A DNA stretch of 64,000 bases. It comes from Rhizodiscina lignyota (taxonomy: Eukaryota). The notes beneath the pieces were generated by a model that was given only the letters and a program-made list of their open reading frames with translations, had not been told where the DNA came from and did not search any database. Shown here in pieces: positions 1-12,473 of the stretch (positions within the stretch are counted from its first letter, which is position 1; each line of letters starts with the position of its first letter). The stretch spans positions 434,001 to 498,000 of the forward strand of contig ML978123.1 in assembly GCA_010015805.1 (NCBI GenBank), written 5' to 3'. The position numbers and the translations under genes were made by a program.

Positions 1-2572
1 TTCAAGAAGTGATGCGCGACCGGCATGGTTTTGATGCAGAGTGAGTCTCTGCTACACTCGCAGTGTTTAGCTCCACTGACCCCGTTGACAGAACGCATCA
101 ATACAAATACCGCTTCAATAAATGGGGATGGAAGAAAAACATCCCTACCACCAAGAAGAAAGCCATTCTCGAATTCAGCCAAAGCAGTGCTCAATCCGGC
201 AATTTGCGCGCCGTCAAATACAAAGGGAGGCCAGTTGAACCCAAGAAGCTGCGAAGATACGTTCGGTCTTTCCAGAAGGAAGAGAATGTCGGTTTATTTG
301 CTGCGGCTCCAATGACGGGAGACTGGTCGGCGTTCCTCGCGGGACAAGTTGTGGGCGGAAGGGTGTAAGCATAAGGCTCAAGTTCCTAAGACCCCGAGGC
401 TCTGCTAATCAGCATAGTGGATTCCTCAATTGGAATGTCCCATACAAAGCCCTGGTGTCTCTGTTTCCGACCCAAATGGCTCAACACTCGCCCTTCGCAG
501 CTAACGTGTCCACTCCAAGCGACGTCTCCATGGCCAGTCCAGCGGGCATAGGCCCTGCGTCACCCGGATATTATCAAGCTTTGGTTTCTAAAACCAAGGC
601 CGAGAGGGCCCATTTGTTCATTGCGGGCAGGTTTGATGAACTTTTGAGGGCCCTCGATGCCAAGGAGAAGCGGTGAGTAAAGTTCCATCGCATCCTGTTG
701 ACATAAAAGGCTGATCAGCGAAGCGATTTCTCAACATGGATGCATGAATACTGATATTTTGCTTTCAAGACAGCAAAGCACTGGGGGAAAGGCCCACGAA
801 ATTGGACCGCATCAAGACTCTGGGAAAGAAGCGGAGACACCTCGTCTAGCCCGGAACAAGGGCCCTTGCTACCGTCCAATGCCCCTTCACCTTCTTTTGA
901 AGCTGAAAGGTCTTCAGGCTCTCGTACGGCAGCTTCAGAGGTCCTCCCGAATCCCCCATCACTATGTCGATGGACGATCCACGTGTACCAAGAAGGTTAC
1001 GATCGACTTCCCTCAAGTTTGGCATCAGCTGTGTCTGATCACGACGAGAACCTGGACCGAGAATGGCCAGAAGACTGGGAACAACCTTCTTTCGATCAGA
1101 AGCTCCAAGACAACCTCCAAAATAACGATTTCAGCACCGTTGGCACTGAACGAGTACCCATCTCCGTCAACAAACTCGTCGAAACGGTCCAAAAGTCTCC
1201 CGGCGTTATTCTCCAGGAAGCAATAACATTTGCTATTGTTGGGAGGAACTATGACCTACTCGATTCGCTGCTGAAAAGGGCGGCCGACTCGCGGGTTTCA
1301 ACTGACAACATATATCCGCTTCACCTTGCCGCAACTTATCTGGATGGATCAAGGACCTGTTGCCATATAATGGATCTTCTGGCTTTTTCCGGGCCCAATC
1401 GTATGGTAATTAATGCATCTGGCTATACAGTCCTCGATACTCTGTTTTTGGCAATCTTGAGAAACCACTCAACCATTATACCTGAACAAATAGATGAAGC
1501 TCTTCGTACATCGCGACAATTTCCTGGCGGAGAAATAGACATATGCGGGCGCTGGGATGCAGATTCCAAATGCTATCACGCTTTGGTCACTAGAGGCTCC
1601 GGAATAATTCCTGAGAACTGGAAACACAAGTTCTGCCACACCTCTATCCAGGCAATATGCCACTGCATCAAGATGGTCAAGTCCAGAATGGGTATCCGAT
1701 TGGACCAGCCAAGTGGATTGTTCGTCAAACGCTGCTTTCAGTGCGGAAGAAAGCTAGAGGTCTCCCCACTACATGCCCTTGTCCTTATCGCCTTCCATTT
1801 GGCAACATCTGGACTTGAGAATGAGGACCTGTTCGGAATACTTTGCTGCTTATTCAGCCTTACTGAACAAACGGATAAGGGGAAACACCATTATTTCTAC
1901 CGCGTGGACGTCTCAGTCGAGCTGCTTCGAACCGGAAACCAGGGAGACTTCTGTACTCATGAAAGTCTGTCACCGGCGGAGCTTGCGGAGAGTCTTACTC
2001 AATTCGTCTTGCGTAGTTGCTCGGACGATATTAAGGTGGGATGGGAGTTGTTTTGCTGCATTATCTATCAGATTGAGCAAGTGTATCTCCTAGAGCAGAG
2101 GACAGGGAGTCCTAAGGAGGACAATGAAAACATCGAGACGGAAAATGACGATGAGCGTGCCTTAGGGGACCAATTCTCGACTGACAATGTCGCGTCATTC
2201 CGGAAATCGTGCCACGACCACCTAGTAGACGGTCTCCCGACGTCATTTGGGAGTAATCGAACGCTCGGCCACATCTGTGCGGCTGCACAAGCAGAGCTCC
2301 TCACGTATCGACGGATTGATGAAAATGGGTATTGGACATCATCCAATTTCGATATGAGACGGATACTCCACGCTTTGGAGACAGGCACTGGATTTGCGAT
2401 ACCTCTTCTGGGCAAGGGCATATTGCACCCATACTGCGCTTGTGGCGTATTTTATAATAGCTGGGATTTTGATGTCCCGACACGACGGGATGACGCTTGC
2501 GAAACATACTTTTCAAATATGGAGGATTGGAACCGCACCGTCTTTCTGGATGACTCTTCGCTTCCACTGTAA
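1..2572 (+). pseudogene. Clr5-domain protein (5' end lies outside the window) with an ankyrin-like middle region; one in-frame TGA at 752-754, so either a pseudogene or a recoded gene
   Basis: The spliced model (introns 41-91, 365-417, 673-723, all GT..AG with CTGAC/CTAAT/CTGAT branch sites) gives EVMRDRHGFDAETHQYKYRFNKWGWKKN (Clr5 motif), FLNWNVPY and STWMHEY*YFAFKTAKHWGKGP. This is in frame with ORF 866-2572 (YPLHLAATYLDG, WKHKFCHTSIQAICHCI). Confidence 0.75.
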
Positions 2573-3785
2573 TATATCTACTATGACGCATTGACCGTGC
2601 GGCTGTGATCATTCAGAAGCCAGCGTGTTCGCGAAAGTGCCCTGTCAAGATCAATTACTCAAGAGAACGGATAAACTGGTTTGTGCTTCAATTGAAGGGT
2701 GCAAAGATGACAGATCACGAATGTTCATAAGTTGGTTGAGGAAGGAAGATCTGTAACGGTGGTTACATACACGAACCCTGGTACTAGGTTCTAGCTAGCA
2801 CCCTCTGATAAATGATCAACTACTCACTTCGGTAGAAAATATCGGCCAAGATCAATAATGAGTAATGGCAATATCTAGAGACGTGAATAAAAGTTGCATT
2901 TCTGGCAGCGCCTGAAAGGTTAACGACCAGTAAATCTTAAGTCTGGCTGAACGGACATGAGTGGAAAGTGAGTAACGGCCGGGCAATATCCATCCGCACG
3001 TAACTTTATCTGCTACATGTCCGGAAACTGTCTAACAAGCTGATCTGAAAGAGAAGCATTTCTCCATACGCAGAGAGCTTCAATAACTCTATGGATACCA
3101 ACTCCAAGCTATACGGAGCAAAACAAGCGTCTTAATATGGACAAGATCTCCGAGGGGGAAGAAGTCATCCAGACAAGGTCTTGGCGGAACCACATTGACA
3201 TGTGTAAGTTGACAGCAAGCTACCGCCGATGGACATGTTATTTCTGAAGTGAAGGAACGACTTGCTTGAGTGTTCAAGTTCGGTATGTATGTACGTCACG
3301 TTCGGCGGTGACATAAGAAATCTGTAAGCGATTTAGATGCTCTCGGTCAATGTGAGTCGTTCGTCCGTTACAACTTACTCTGATTCAATCTTGAGAGTGA
3401 GCTTTCAGAGCGAGGTTTGAGGCCGAAAATTGGGTTCCATTCCTTGGCATAGAGTAATCCTCAGCAGGGTGGGGGCATAACGTCTTTGCAACAGCTTTAT
3501 TCCATCCATGGAGCGTTAATGCCGATGATGTCGCGATTAATCGGAGTCTGTGCTAGAATCAGCGCGAAGGAAAGGAAAAGACGCAATAATCTGATCGGCG
3601 CATTACGATACCCCTGAGAGATCCGACAATGCTAAGCCAAATCAGTCGTAGCGGGGGGCTTAGACGCCAAATGCCAGTTCAGGTCAGAGACTGAGCCACC
3701 AGCACTCGTCGCCACGAAACGCAACATTGAGTGTATAAAAGATCAGTGCACATAACGAAACACAATGGGCAGATAAGTTTGAACA

Positions 3786-5432
3786 ATGATACGAACAAGA
3801 ACCGGATGTGTGACCTGCCGGTAAGGACACGACGGTATGCAGATTGTCTGAACCTTGCTCACGCGCTCAGTATCCGGCGAGTCAAATGCGACGAGACTAA
3901 GCCATACTGTGAGACCAATCATATGTCGCGCTCTACCATTAGCTGTCCGAAACTTCTCACAGGAGACAGGTAAAAGATGTACAAGCACGAACCGGAAATG
4001 TGATGGTTACGATACCCATCGACTGAGACTACCAAGGGACTCTCCGCCCAAAAGTTCGAGCCAGAGTAGTAGGCGTAGGACTGATGAGAGCAAAAGCCCG
4101 CGAGCGATACTCCCAGCCCCGACGACGCCTCCTCAGGCACTCTTCCAAAATGAGGAAGAGCAACATTCATACGAAGTTTTCCGTTCGAATTCAGTGCCTC
4201 AGAACAACCGGCTCGTGGATTCGATATTCTGGAGCCACCTTGTTCTTCAGATTGCTCCTGAAGAGCCGGCGATAAAGTCCAGTATCCTTTGCTTGGGTGC
4301 ACTTCAAAGGAGCTTTGAGTTTAAGCAAGAGGAGGAGACTACATTTGCAGTGACACAGTACGCGAAGGCTGTACGCGATGCGCAGGAGCTCGTCAAACGA
4401 GCTTCGGTCTCTGGTGATCATACCAAGGTTCTTATATGTGCCATTCTCTTCCACTGCATTGAGAATGCTCTGGGAGATCACGTTTCGGCGAAGACTCATC
4501 TTCGAAGCGGCCTACGACTGCTGTACGAGAAGCCTATCAACAAAGATATGCAGGATTCCATTAGCAACACCTTTCGACGCTTCGACTTCCAAGCTATGAC
4601 GTTCTGGGATCTCAGCGCGCCTTACGAGATCTCCTCACAGATCTGGCAACGCCTGGAATCCACTTCTGCACCGGGACCTTTCTCGAGCCTGGACCACGCG
4701 GCCAATATTCTTATGGATTTAACGCAATGGATGCACTATGCCCATGAACTATGTTACAGCCAACACCGGTTGCCGTATAGTCGGGTTCCTGAGTATGGTG
4801 TTCAGCTGGAGCGTTGCAAGGCATATCTCGACGCTTGGAATGGCCGCTTTGACGAATTTCAAGATAGACACGGTACCCATTCAGCCGCATTTCGCCAAAG
4901 ATGCACCCTTCTAAGCATCTATCACTTGTTGGCCTCAACCCAAATTCGTCGTCCTTCAAATGCGCCCGAAACACAATGGGACTCCTTATTGTCCAATCAT
5001 ATCCGGATTCTGGATCTTGCTGAATCATTCATCTCCGGCGAGTCGACAGTATTTGCCAGGGGGATAGCGTCTCTGGAGATAGGCATTATCATACCACTCT
5101 TCGAAGTTGCAATGCGATGCCGCGATCCACATCAACGACGGCGCGCTCTTGCAATGCTGCGATCCGCACCTCGCAGAGAAGGAGTATGGGACAATATGGG
5201 AGCAGCAAATGTGGCAGAATGTTCCATGGAAATGGAAGAGGAAGGGTTATTAAAAGTTGAGAAAGCAAGCGACGTGCCAGATGGGCATCGGGTCTATTTC
5301 GTTGACCCACAGGCTGATCTCAGCAAACGAGAAGTTCGAATAACCTTTTACAGGAAATCGGGTCTGTCAACTGTCGGCGGCGGGGACCCGCAATATGAAT
5401 GGAATACCCGCCAACAAACCATACCTTTCTAG
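3786..5432 (+). CDS. Zn(II)2Cys6 transcription factor with a fungal TF-specific (DUF3468-type) C-terminal domain
   Basis: Exons 3786-3820, 3871-3908 and 3970-5432 give MIRTRTGCVTCRIRRVKCDETKPYCKRCTSTNRKCDGY (complete binuclear cluster). The C-terminus has MRCRDPHQRRRALAMLRSAPRREGVWD. Confidence 0.9.
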
Positions 5433-6510
5433 TTCGCTTCAGAACTTTTCCAAAGCTCCTTAGTTAGCTATTCAGTTGAGCCGGCCTCGGAATACTGTGC
5501 AGAAAATGATTTTTACTCTTCAGGCCAAACGAGAGCACGTCCGAAAGTGTGTTGTCATGTGCAATTTTCTTTCTTCAACAAAGAAGCTCACAGTCAACGA
5601 TCATTATTTCTGTTGACTAGAGCGTATTGTTCTCACAGCAGTTTAATATCTCGGAACTGCTGCCGTACGACTTTTCGTCACATTGCAGATGCAGATCAAT
5701 GCAATATCAAGGATATTTTTATTTTCCAAGAGTCTCTGCAAGGCTAACCGAGAGAGCACCGGAACTTCGTCTGTCGTCTGGAACACGAATTGATTCCGTA
5801 ATAACCGTGAGCACAGCATTGCGCCTCTTTAATGCCAACATTTTGCACGCGTTGCACTCTATGCGTTACTCCTCGCTGTACTCCGTACCTCCGCATCCCG
5901 CTGCCGAGTCAGGCATGGATGGGCACCCGGAGTACCCTCCGCAGGGTGCCGCAGGGCCCGCAATGCGCCCATCCACCAGCCGAGGGAACGGCAGCCTGTT
6001 TTTTGTCAGTGCGCATACCAACCGCTCATTGGTTGTTTCGCCAGTTGCTTAGACGAGTTAATATCCTACAGAGGTATACTTGCGAAAAGCGCCTCAGGAA
6101 CGTCACAGGAACAAACTCTGGTGGATTGCCATGCTTACTGCTGCTCCTTCGCCAGCTTAACATTACGTGCTAACGTCGAGGCTTGAGAAACGTCGAATGG
6201 ATGCTAGAGAATTTTCGTATTCTTCGGCTTTTACACTGGCTATTTCGCCAGTGACGACTATGGTTACGCCTCAGTGTCCCCGGTTTGAGGGAAATGAAGT
6301 TGAAGCCAAATGACACTTGCCTATTTTCGCCTTCTTCTTGGCCTTTTCAGTGTTGATGCATCCTTAGCTCTCTTAAATTGGAGATTTGCGGAGGGACAGG
6401 GCGTAGGTGCTCTGCGGTACTTAAGGCATCTGGTAAATGCCCTTTTCTATGCTCGCCCTCCAGTTTCATTTGTGCCTGTCGAGTAGTTCGTTAGCTCTCT
6501 TCAATGCAAG

Positions 6511-8493
6511 ATGATTTTTTCAATTCTCCTCTCTGCTGCTCTGTTTCACGTTTCTCTCGCCGTATACTCTGACTACTTCCCCTTACCCGCTGAAGGGGCT
6601 ACTGTCCTGCATTCCAAACATGACCCAGACATTACACTCTCTTACAAAAAGGTCAGTTTGTTCACTCACGGCAGTGGTACTTTTAGAAGCTAACTTTTCA
6701 AAGACCGACATCTGCGAAAGCTCCTACAGCGGATATGTCCATCTCCCTGCTTCAGCCCTTTCCGATGTCGAAGGCCCCCCAGAGTATTCGATGAACACAT
6801 TCTTTTGGTTTTTCCCTGCCAGAGAGTCTCCAGAGACAGCGCCGCTCGCGATTTGGGTTGATGGTGGACCTGGTGTAGCAGCGCTATCTGGTGCCATGAC
6901 TGAGAACGGGCCCTGCTTCGTCAACGACGATGGAAATAGCACCAGACGGAACCCATTCTCGCGGAACAATCGCGTCAATATGCTCTATATCGACCAGCCA
7001 ATTAGTGCTGGATACTCGTACTCAAATCTGGTTAACATTACGTATAACCTCCTCACAGAGACGCAGACTCCAACCGATTTTTCCAAAGGGATTCCATTTA
7101 CCCCAAATATCACAGTTTTTCCTGGGACTGTGTCTAATCCAGATCTTGCCTTTACGGCAAATAACTCTAACATTGCCGCAAAGGCGATGTGGCATTTTGC
7201 TCAAGTATGGTTCGAGGAATTTCCAATCTACCATCCGGAGAACGAAAGGATCAGCCTTTGGACCAACTCGGTAAGCATATTGTTCACCAATTCAAGACTT
7301 GAATAGGAAATTTTTAACATACTTTCATCTAGTACGGCGGCTACTTTGGCCTAGCAATCTTCAGCTTCTGGGAATCTCAAAACAAGAAAATCCAGTCCGG
7401 AGATTTGAAGGCGCATTACCTCCACCTCGACACCCTCGGTATTGAGAATGGCTGCATTGACGCTGTATCGCAAGCTCTCGGCTACCCACATATTGCATAC
7501 AATAACACTTACAACTTCCCCTTGATCAACGAAACGGTATACAATGAGATTGTCCAGAGTGTCATCGACCCCGACCCAGACCATGGCTGTCTAGCTGCAA
7601 TTCACCGGTGCCGAGAAGTTGCCAGTGTCGGTGACCCTCAATTCTATGCCAACAACAAGACCGTCAATGACATCTGCGCGGTCGCCACCGAGTTGTGCTT
7701 TCCAATTCTCGGGATCGCGGAAACGTACGCGAACAGGAGCTCCTTCGACATCGCACAAGTTCTTCCAACGAGCTTCCCCAATTACCAGCACTCCGCATTC
7801 TTCAACCGACGCTGGGTACAACAAAGCCTGGGAGCGCCCGTCAACTACACCGATTCTGCGAACTTGACCGGACTCTACTTCCTCGGTACTGCGGATGCAT
7901 TCCGTCAGAGTCAAGCGAGCGTCGAATACCTTCTACAGAACGATGTGCAGGTCACTTTGGTTTACGGAGACCGCGATACCCGTTGCAATTGGATCGGCGT
8001 CGAAAACATTAGTTTGACAGTCGATTACCCCGATGCAAAGAACTTCCGCGCAGCTGGCTACGCAGACATCCATACAAACAAATCATACACGGGCGGCGTG
8101 GTGCGTCAGTACGACGGGTTCTCGTTCTCGCGCGTCTTTGAAGCGGGACACGAAGTGAGCGCTTTCCAGCCAGAGACAGCATACGAGATATTCAACCGAG
8201 CAATGTTCCGTCATGACATTGCGACTGGCACCGTGCCGGCAGGCAGCGGAGAGTTCCCTGGAGATTGTCCATACTCTCGCGCCATTATGCAGCGAGGCAA
8301 ATACGGAGCATCGCACTATCAATCGAAAGGTCCGGCATCCAGTTGGTCAATCAAGAATGTGCTACCTCCACCGCCGCCCCCCAAGTGCGATCTGTGGGCC
8401 ATGTCAGTCACATGTACCGATGATCAAATCATTGCAATTGAGAATGGGACTGCTATATTCGATGGTGTCATTGTGACTTCGCCTGCGTCCTGA
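6511..8493 (+). CDS. Secreted serine carboxypeptidase (peptidase S10)
   Basis: Signal peptide MIFSILLSAALFHVSLA; introns 6652-6703 and 7271-7331; motifs WVDGGPG, ENGPC, LYIDQP; catalytic WTNSYGG (across the intron), GDRDTRCN and VFEAGHEV. Confidence 0.92.
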
Positions 8494-8689
8494 GGTCACA
8501 GCGGTGTAAGATAGAACATGCGAACCGTCTCGGGGTGTTGTCTTGTCCTCTCATAAAGTATTTAAATTTTCTAGGAAAACCCGCTATCATTCACCTGCAC
8601 TGCAAAGTGACTCTTCGTACGATGCTGCTGCCATCCTTCGTACTTCAACGGTACTTCCTCTGCTCTCAGGGCCGGACCGAAGCGATGAA

Positions 8690-9004
8690 GCACCCACCGC
8701 CTTCAGCAATGGCCTGGCATGCGTTAAACTGGAGGAAGACTAGCTAGTGGATCTCTCGGTCGCCATGCTGGAGAAGGGACATCAGAGGATTGACGTTGAG
8801 CGCAGCGCCGAGGAAGAATGTAGAGTCAGCGTGTATGAACTCAGTGCCAAGGGTCTGAGGCATACCACAGACTCGTGGTACAACAGGACAAATATCCCTG
8901 GGAAGCCGAGAGAGGCTCTGAATTACGCGGGAGGGCTTCCATTGTACAGGAAGACGCTCAATGACGTGAAAGAAAATGATTATAGAGGGTCCGCTCTCAG
9001 CTAG
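8690..9004 (+). pseudogene. C-terminal remnant of a Baeyer-Villiger (cyclohexanone/phenylacetone-type) flavin monooxygenase
   Basis: APTAFSNGLACVKLEED*LVD...TTDSWYNRTNIPGKPREALNYAGGLPLYR resembles the BVMO C-terminus (PTAFSNGP..E.QGDW; SWY.G.NIPGKP). There is a TAG at 8741-8743, and the N-terminal FAD/NADPH domains are absent. Confidence 0.8.
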
Positions 9005-9412
9005 CCGCTGCAGTGGAAACTATGCCCGCCCTCCATAGACCGAGACATATAATATATACGAACATTCCCTCGGCGATGTGCGGAGGAACATCATTTCGCG
9101 CGGTGGTTGCCGCACGAGAACCGCCTACGTAGCGTGCTGTGCCGAAGTATGCAGAAAGTGAGTAACGGGATGGGATGGGGAGATTAGCATGCTTCTAACG
9201 GCTTGTTGCAGCACGGAGCTGCAGTCTCAGCCAGCTCATTGAGCTGTCCTCACGTATCGGAGCATAAGATGTCATATCCAAAGTCCGAAGGTCGAGAGTG
9301 GCAGATGTACGGCCAAGAACAAAAAAGCCGGCTTGGTCAATGGGACCGTGGGACGTCCCCTTTCTCTCATTACAAGCTAGCATTTTACGAGTTATAGCTC
9401 TTAAGTCGTGCC

Positions 9413-10754
9413 TCACACTGACTTCCCACTCGATGGAGAATCGGATTGAACAAGGATTTTGCAATGTTTGTCCTTCGTCCTCAGTAATTCTTCAAAGGCG
9501 CCCTCAATCGCATTCTCCAGAGGTACCTTTAACGTAATCATAGACTCTGGGTTCTGAAACAGTCCTGGAAGAAAGAACAAAAGTCAGCAGGGTGAGAGAT
9601 GACATTCGGATCAAGAGAGGGAGCCAACCAGAAGCAATGGCGTCAACCACTTCTTGAAACTCCTTTCTGGTATAGATATTCGACTGAATGTAGGACAGCC
9701 CCTTTTTGTTGAACTCGTTGGGCCAGATGGAGACGGGCTTGGCATATTTCGCAATTCCCACAACTCTCGCTTTCCCTCTCGCGCCTTTGAAGGCCGCATC
9801 TATTGCGCTTTGAACGCCGGCGGTCTCGAAAAGTATGTGTGCACCAAGTCCATCACTGACGGCTTGTATCGCAGCGACCACATCGGTTTCGATGGGGTTG
9901 AAAACCTCGAGCGCGCCTGCTGCTCGTGCTCGCGAGGCCCGGTTGGTAGAGGGTTCAGAAACATATATCCTTTCGACGCCCTTGGATTTGAGACACATGA
10001 TCACGCTGATACCAATGGGTCCTAGCCTAACAGTGAGCCCGGTGCATTAAACGTGCAGCCTGGAGCAGTGGTACGGGCCTTACCTGCGCCCAAGACGAGG
10101 GCGATGTCCGTGGGTTTTGGCTCGGACAGGGCGACAGCATGCCATGCAACAGCCAACGGTTCGGTCAATGCAGCTATGTCTAATGGGACATGTTCTGGGA
10201 CCTTGTGAATGGCCACTCTCTCGACACACACATATTCCTGCATGCCGCCGCCGTAGCCGCTGAAACCCATAAAACCTCTGGATTTGCACAGACCGAAGAT
10301 CTCCTCTTTGCAATAGTAGCACGTGTGGTCCATAATTGATGGGAAGACGGCAACTTTCTGCCCAACGTCAAGGTCCGACACTCCTTCTCCAACCGCAGCG
10401 ACAGTACCAGAGAATTCGTGGCCTTACAGGAGGAAATGCTTAATCAACAGCAACTAATCAAGCCAAGGAAGAGTGAAGACTCACCAACTCCGGTTGGCAG
10501 TGTCTCGCCAGTCACCGGGTGGGGCGTCAAAGGTCCATTTTTCGGCCCATGGAGATATTCGTGCAGATCTGTTCTGGCTGTGTCAGTAGGCTTCTTCTTC
10601 CAGCTAGAGATGTCGTTGGTTGACCAGAGCCACAGATCCCAGACCAAGCGTTCTTCACCAAGACCCATCCTGGTCGAAGGTCTGGCTTTGATATCTCATC
10701 GTACTGGAGTGTCAGGCCCCGTTCGTCACCGTGCCAGCGGACTGCACGCATCAT
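9413..10754 (-). CDS. Zn-dependent medium-chain dehydrogenase (2,3-butanediol/sorbitol dehydrogenase-like)
   Basis: Five-exon model with GICGSDLHEY, GHEFSG, C..C...C Zn ligands, EPLAVAWHAV and a GAGPIG Rossmann motif. It ends KHCKILVQSDSPSSGKSV* at 9413. Confidence 0.9.
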
Positions 10755-11333
10755 CTGATCTTTGCCACAAGAACGTTGAAACGGATTCGAAAGAGTGAAG
10801 GCTGTATAACAACCTGGTCAAGCTAGATACGTTGTTTATAAGAGCCAGGTCAGCAGGTAGAGCTTCGAAAGAGCTTTCCTTGGAAAGAAGATGACATGGC
10901 TCCAGCTGGGCATCTCAGAAGACTTATTACACAGTAGAATGGAGCAACCCGCTCCGGAGACATCGCGCATAATTGAGCCTGCCCAGGCTTTTGAAAGGGC
11001 CGTCTTGAACACGGCGAAGACGCGACAGCCGGTCCTCTGCCAGAGGAGCGGAGACAGACAAGGCCCACGACGAGAACGGTTCCCCTCGCTTATGTGGGCG
11101 GATCTCCCGCCCGCGGGCTCCTGCTCCCCGCCAGAAGTACCTAGGATTCATTCCAAGTACACTCGCCCACCAAGAACCAACCGCAGCCTGACATGAGTAT
11201 TTCTCTATCGCAAATATTATGATGCAAGTAACGGAAGAGGCTATCTGCACCTCACGCCAGCCATACGAGGATACAATATTAAAAGCTTCATAAATTGGAG
11301 CACTTTTGAAGCTTCCCCTCGTCAACGACCACC

Positions 11334-12473
11334 ATGACTTCGCGGCCTCCAATCAATGTTGGCATTGTAGGCCTCACTACTAACGATAAGAGCAGCTGGG
11401 CTGCGCGAGCTCACCTTCCCTACTTGCTTAAGTCTCCTCATTATCGCGTTCAGGGCGTATGCAACCGCACGGTGGAATCAGCGCAGCTCGCCATCGAGAC
11501 CTTCCACCTGCCCTCATCAGCACGGGCGTACTCATCCATTGCGGAACTTGGCGCTGACGAGGAAATTGATCTCGTCGTTGTCTGTACCCGCGTTGACACT
11601 CATTATGGAATCATCAAACCGCTTCTGGAGCGAATGGAACAGGAGGGCGAAAAGAAGAAGGACATGTTCGTCGAGTGGCCTCTCGGTGCCAATCTGGCGC
11701 AAGGGCGCGAGCTGGCACGCCTAGCAAGAGAAGTCAACGGCCCCATCAAGACAGTCATTGGCCTGCAGGCGCGCATGAATCCGGCGTTTTCGAAGATCAA
11801 GGAAATCTTGTCCTCTGGTCGGATCGGAAACGTGCTCAGCGTCGATGTGCGTGCCACGGCACCCAACGTAGTCGTCGAGATGCCAGCGAACCGAGCTTAT
11901 TTCGCGGACCGGAGCAGCGGCGGCAACCTCCTCACCATCAGGGCGATGCATGTTCTCGACCCTGCCTTCTTCGTTCACGGCGAGCCTGTGGGCCCGCTTC
12001 GAGCGCTTCTAGGTAATCAGGTCCCGTACATGCTAGTCAAGGAGGAGGACGGGAGTACCAAGCGTATCGAAAAGGATACGCCGGATCACATCGCCATCTC
12101 GGGCCACATGGCCTCGGCTTCTGGGCCATTGTTCAATTTCTACATGCGTGGCGGCAAGCCATTCAAGGACGAGCCAGGACTGGTGTGGTCTGTCTATGGC
12201 GATGAGGGAGAAATGCAGATATCGTGTGAGAGCTCGGCGATCCAGATGAGCTTTCCGTTGACAGTCAAGATCTACGACAACAAGACTGATGATGTTGAGA
12301 CTGTCGACGTAGCGGGGCTAGATAGAGGGCTCTGCGCGGATCTAACGCCCGAGGCAAGGGACGTTGGAAGATTGTACGAGGCGTATGCTCTCGGAAAAGA
12401 CTACGGAGATTGGGAATTGGCCGTCAGACGCCATGAATTGGTGGAACAGATATACAGGGAGGGTGGGCTATAG
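11334..12473 (+). CDS. Gfo/Idh/MocA NAD(P)-binding oxidoreductase (Gal80-like fold)
   Basis: Intronless 379-aa ORF with INVGIVGL, WAARAHLPYL, DLVVV..RVDTH, FVEWPLG and IGLQAR. Confidence 0.88.
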   Translation: MTSRPPINVGIVGLTTNDKSSWAARAHLPYLLKSPHYRVQGVCNRTVESAQLAIETFHLPSSARAYSSIAELGADEEIDLVVVCTRVDTHYGIIKPLLERMEQEGEKKKDMFVEWPLGANLAQGRELARLAREVNGPIKTVIGLQARMNPAFSKIKEILSSGRIGNVLSVDVRATAPNVVVEMPANRAYFADRSSGGNLLTIRAMHVLDPAFFVHGEPVGPLRALLGNQVPYMLVKEEDGSTKRIEKDTPDHIAISGHMASASGPLFNFYMRGGKPFKDEPGLVWSVYGDEGEMQISCESSAIQMSFPLTVKIYDNKTDDVETVDVAGLDRGLCADLTPEARDVGRLYEAYALGKDYGDWELAVRRHELVEQIYREGGL

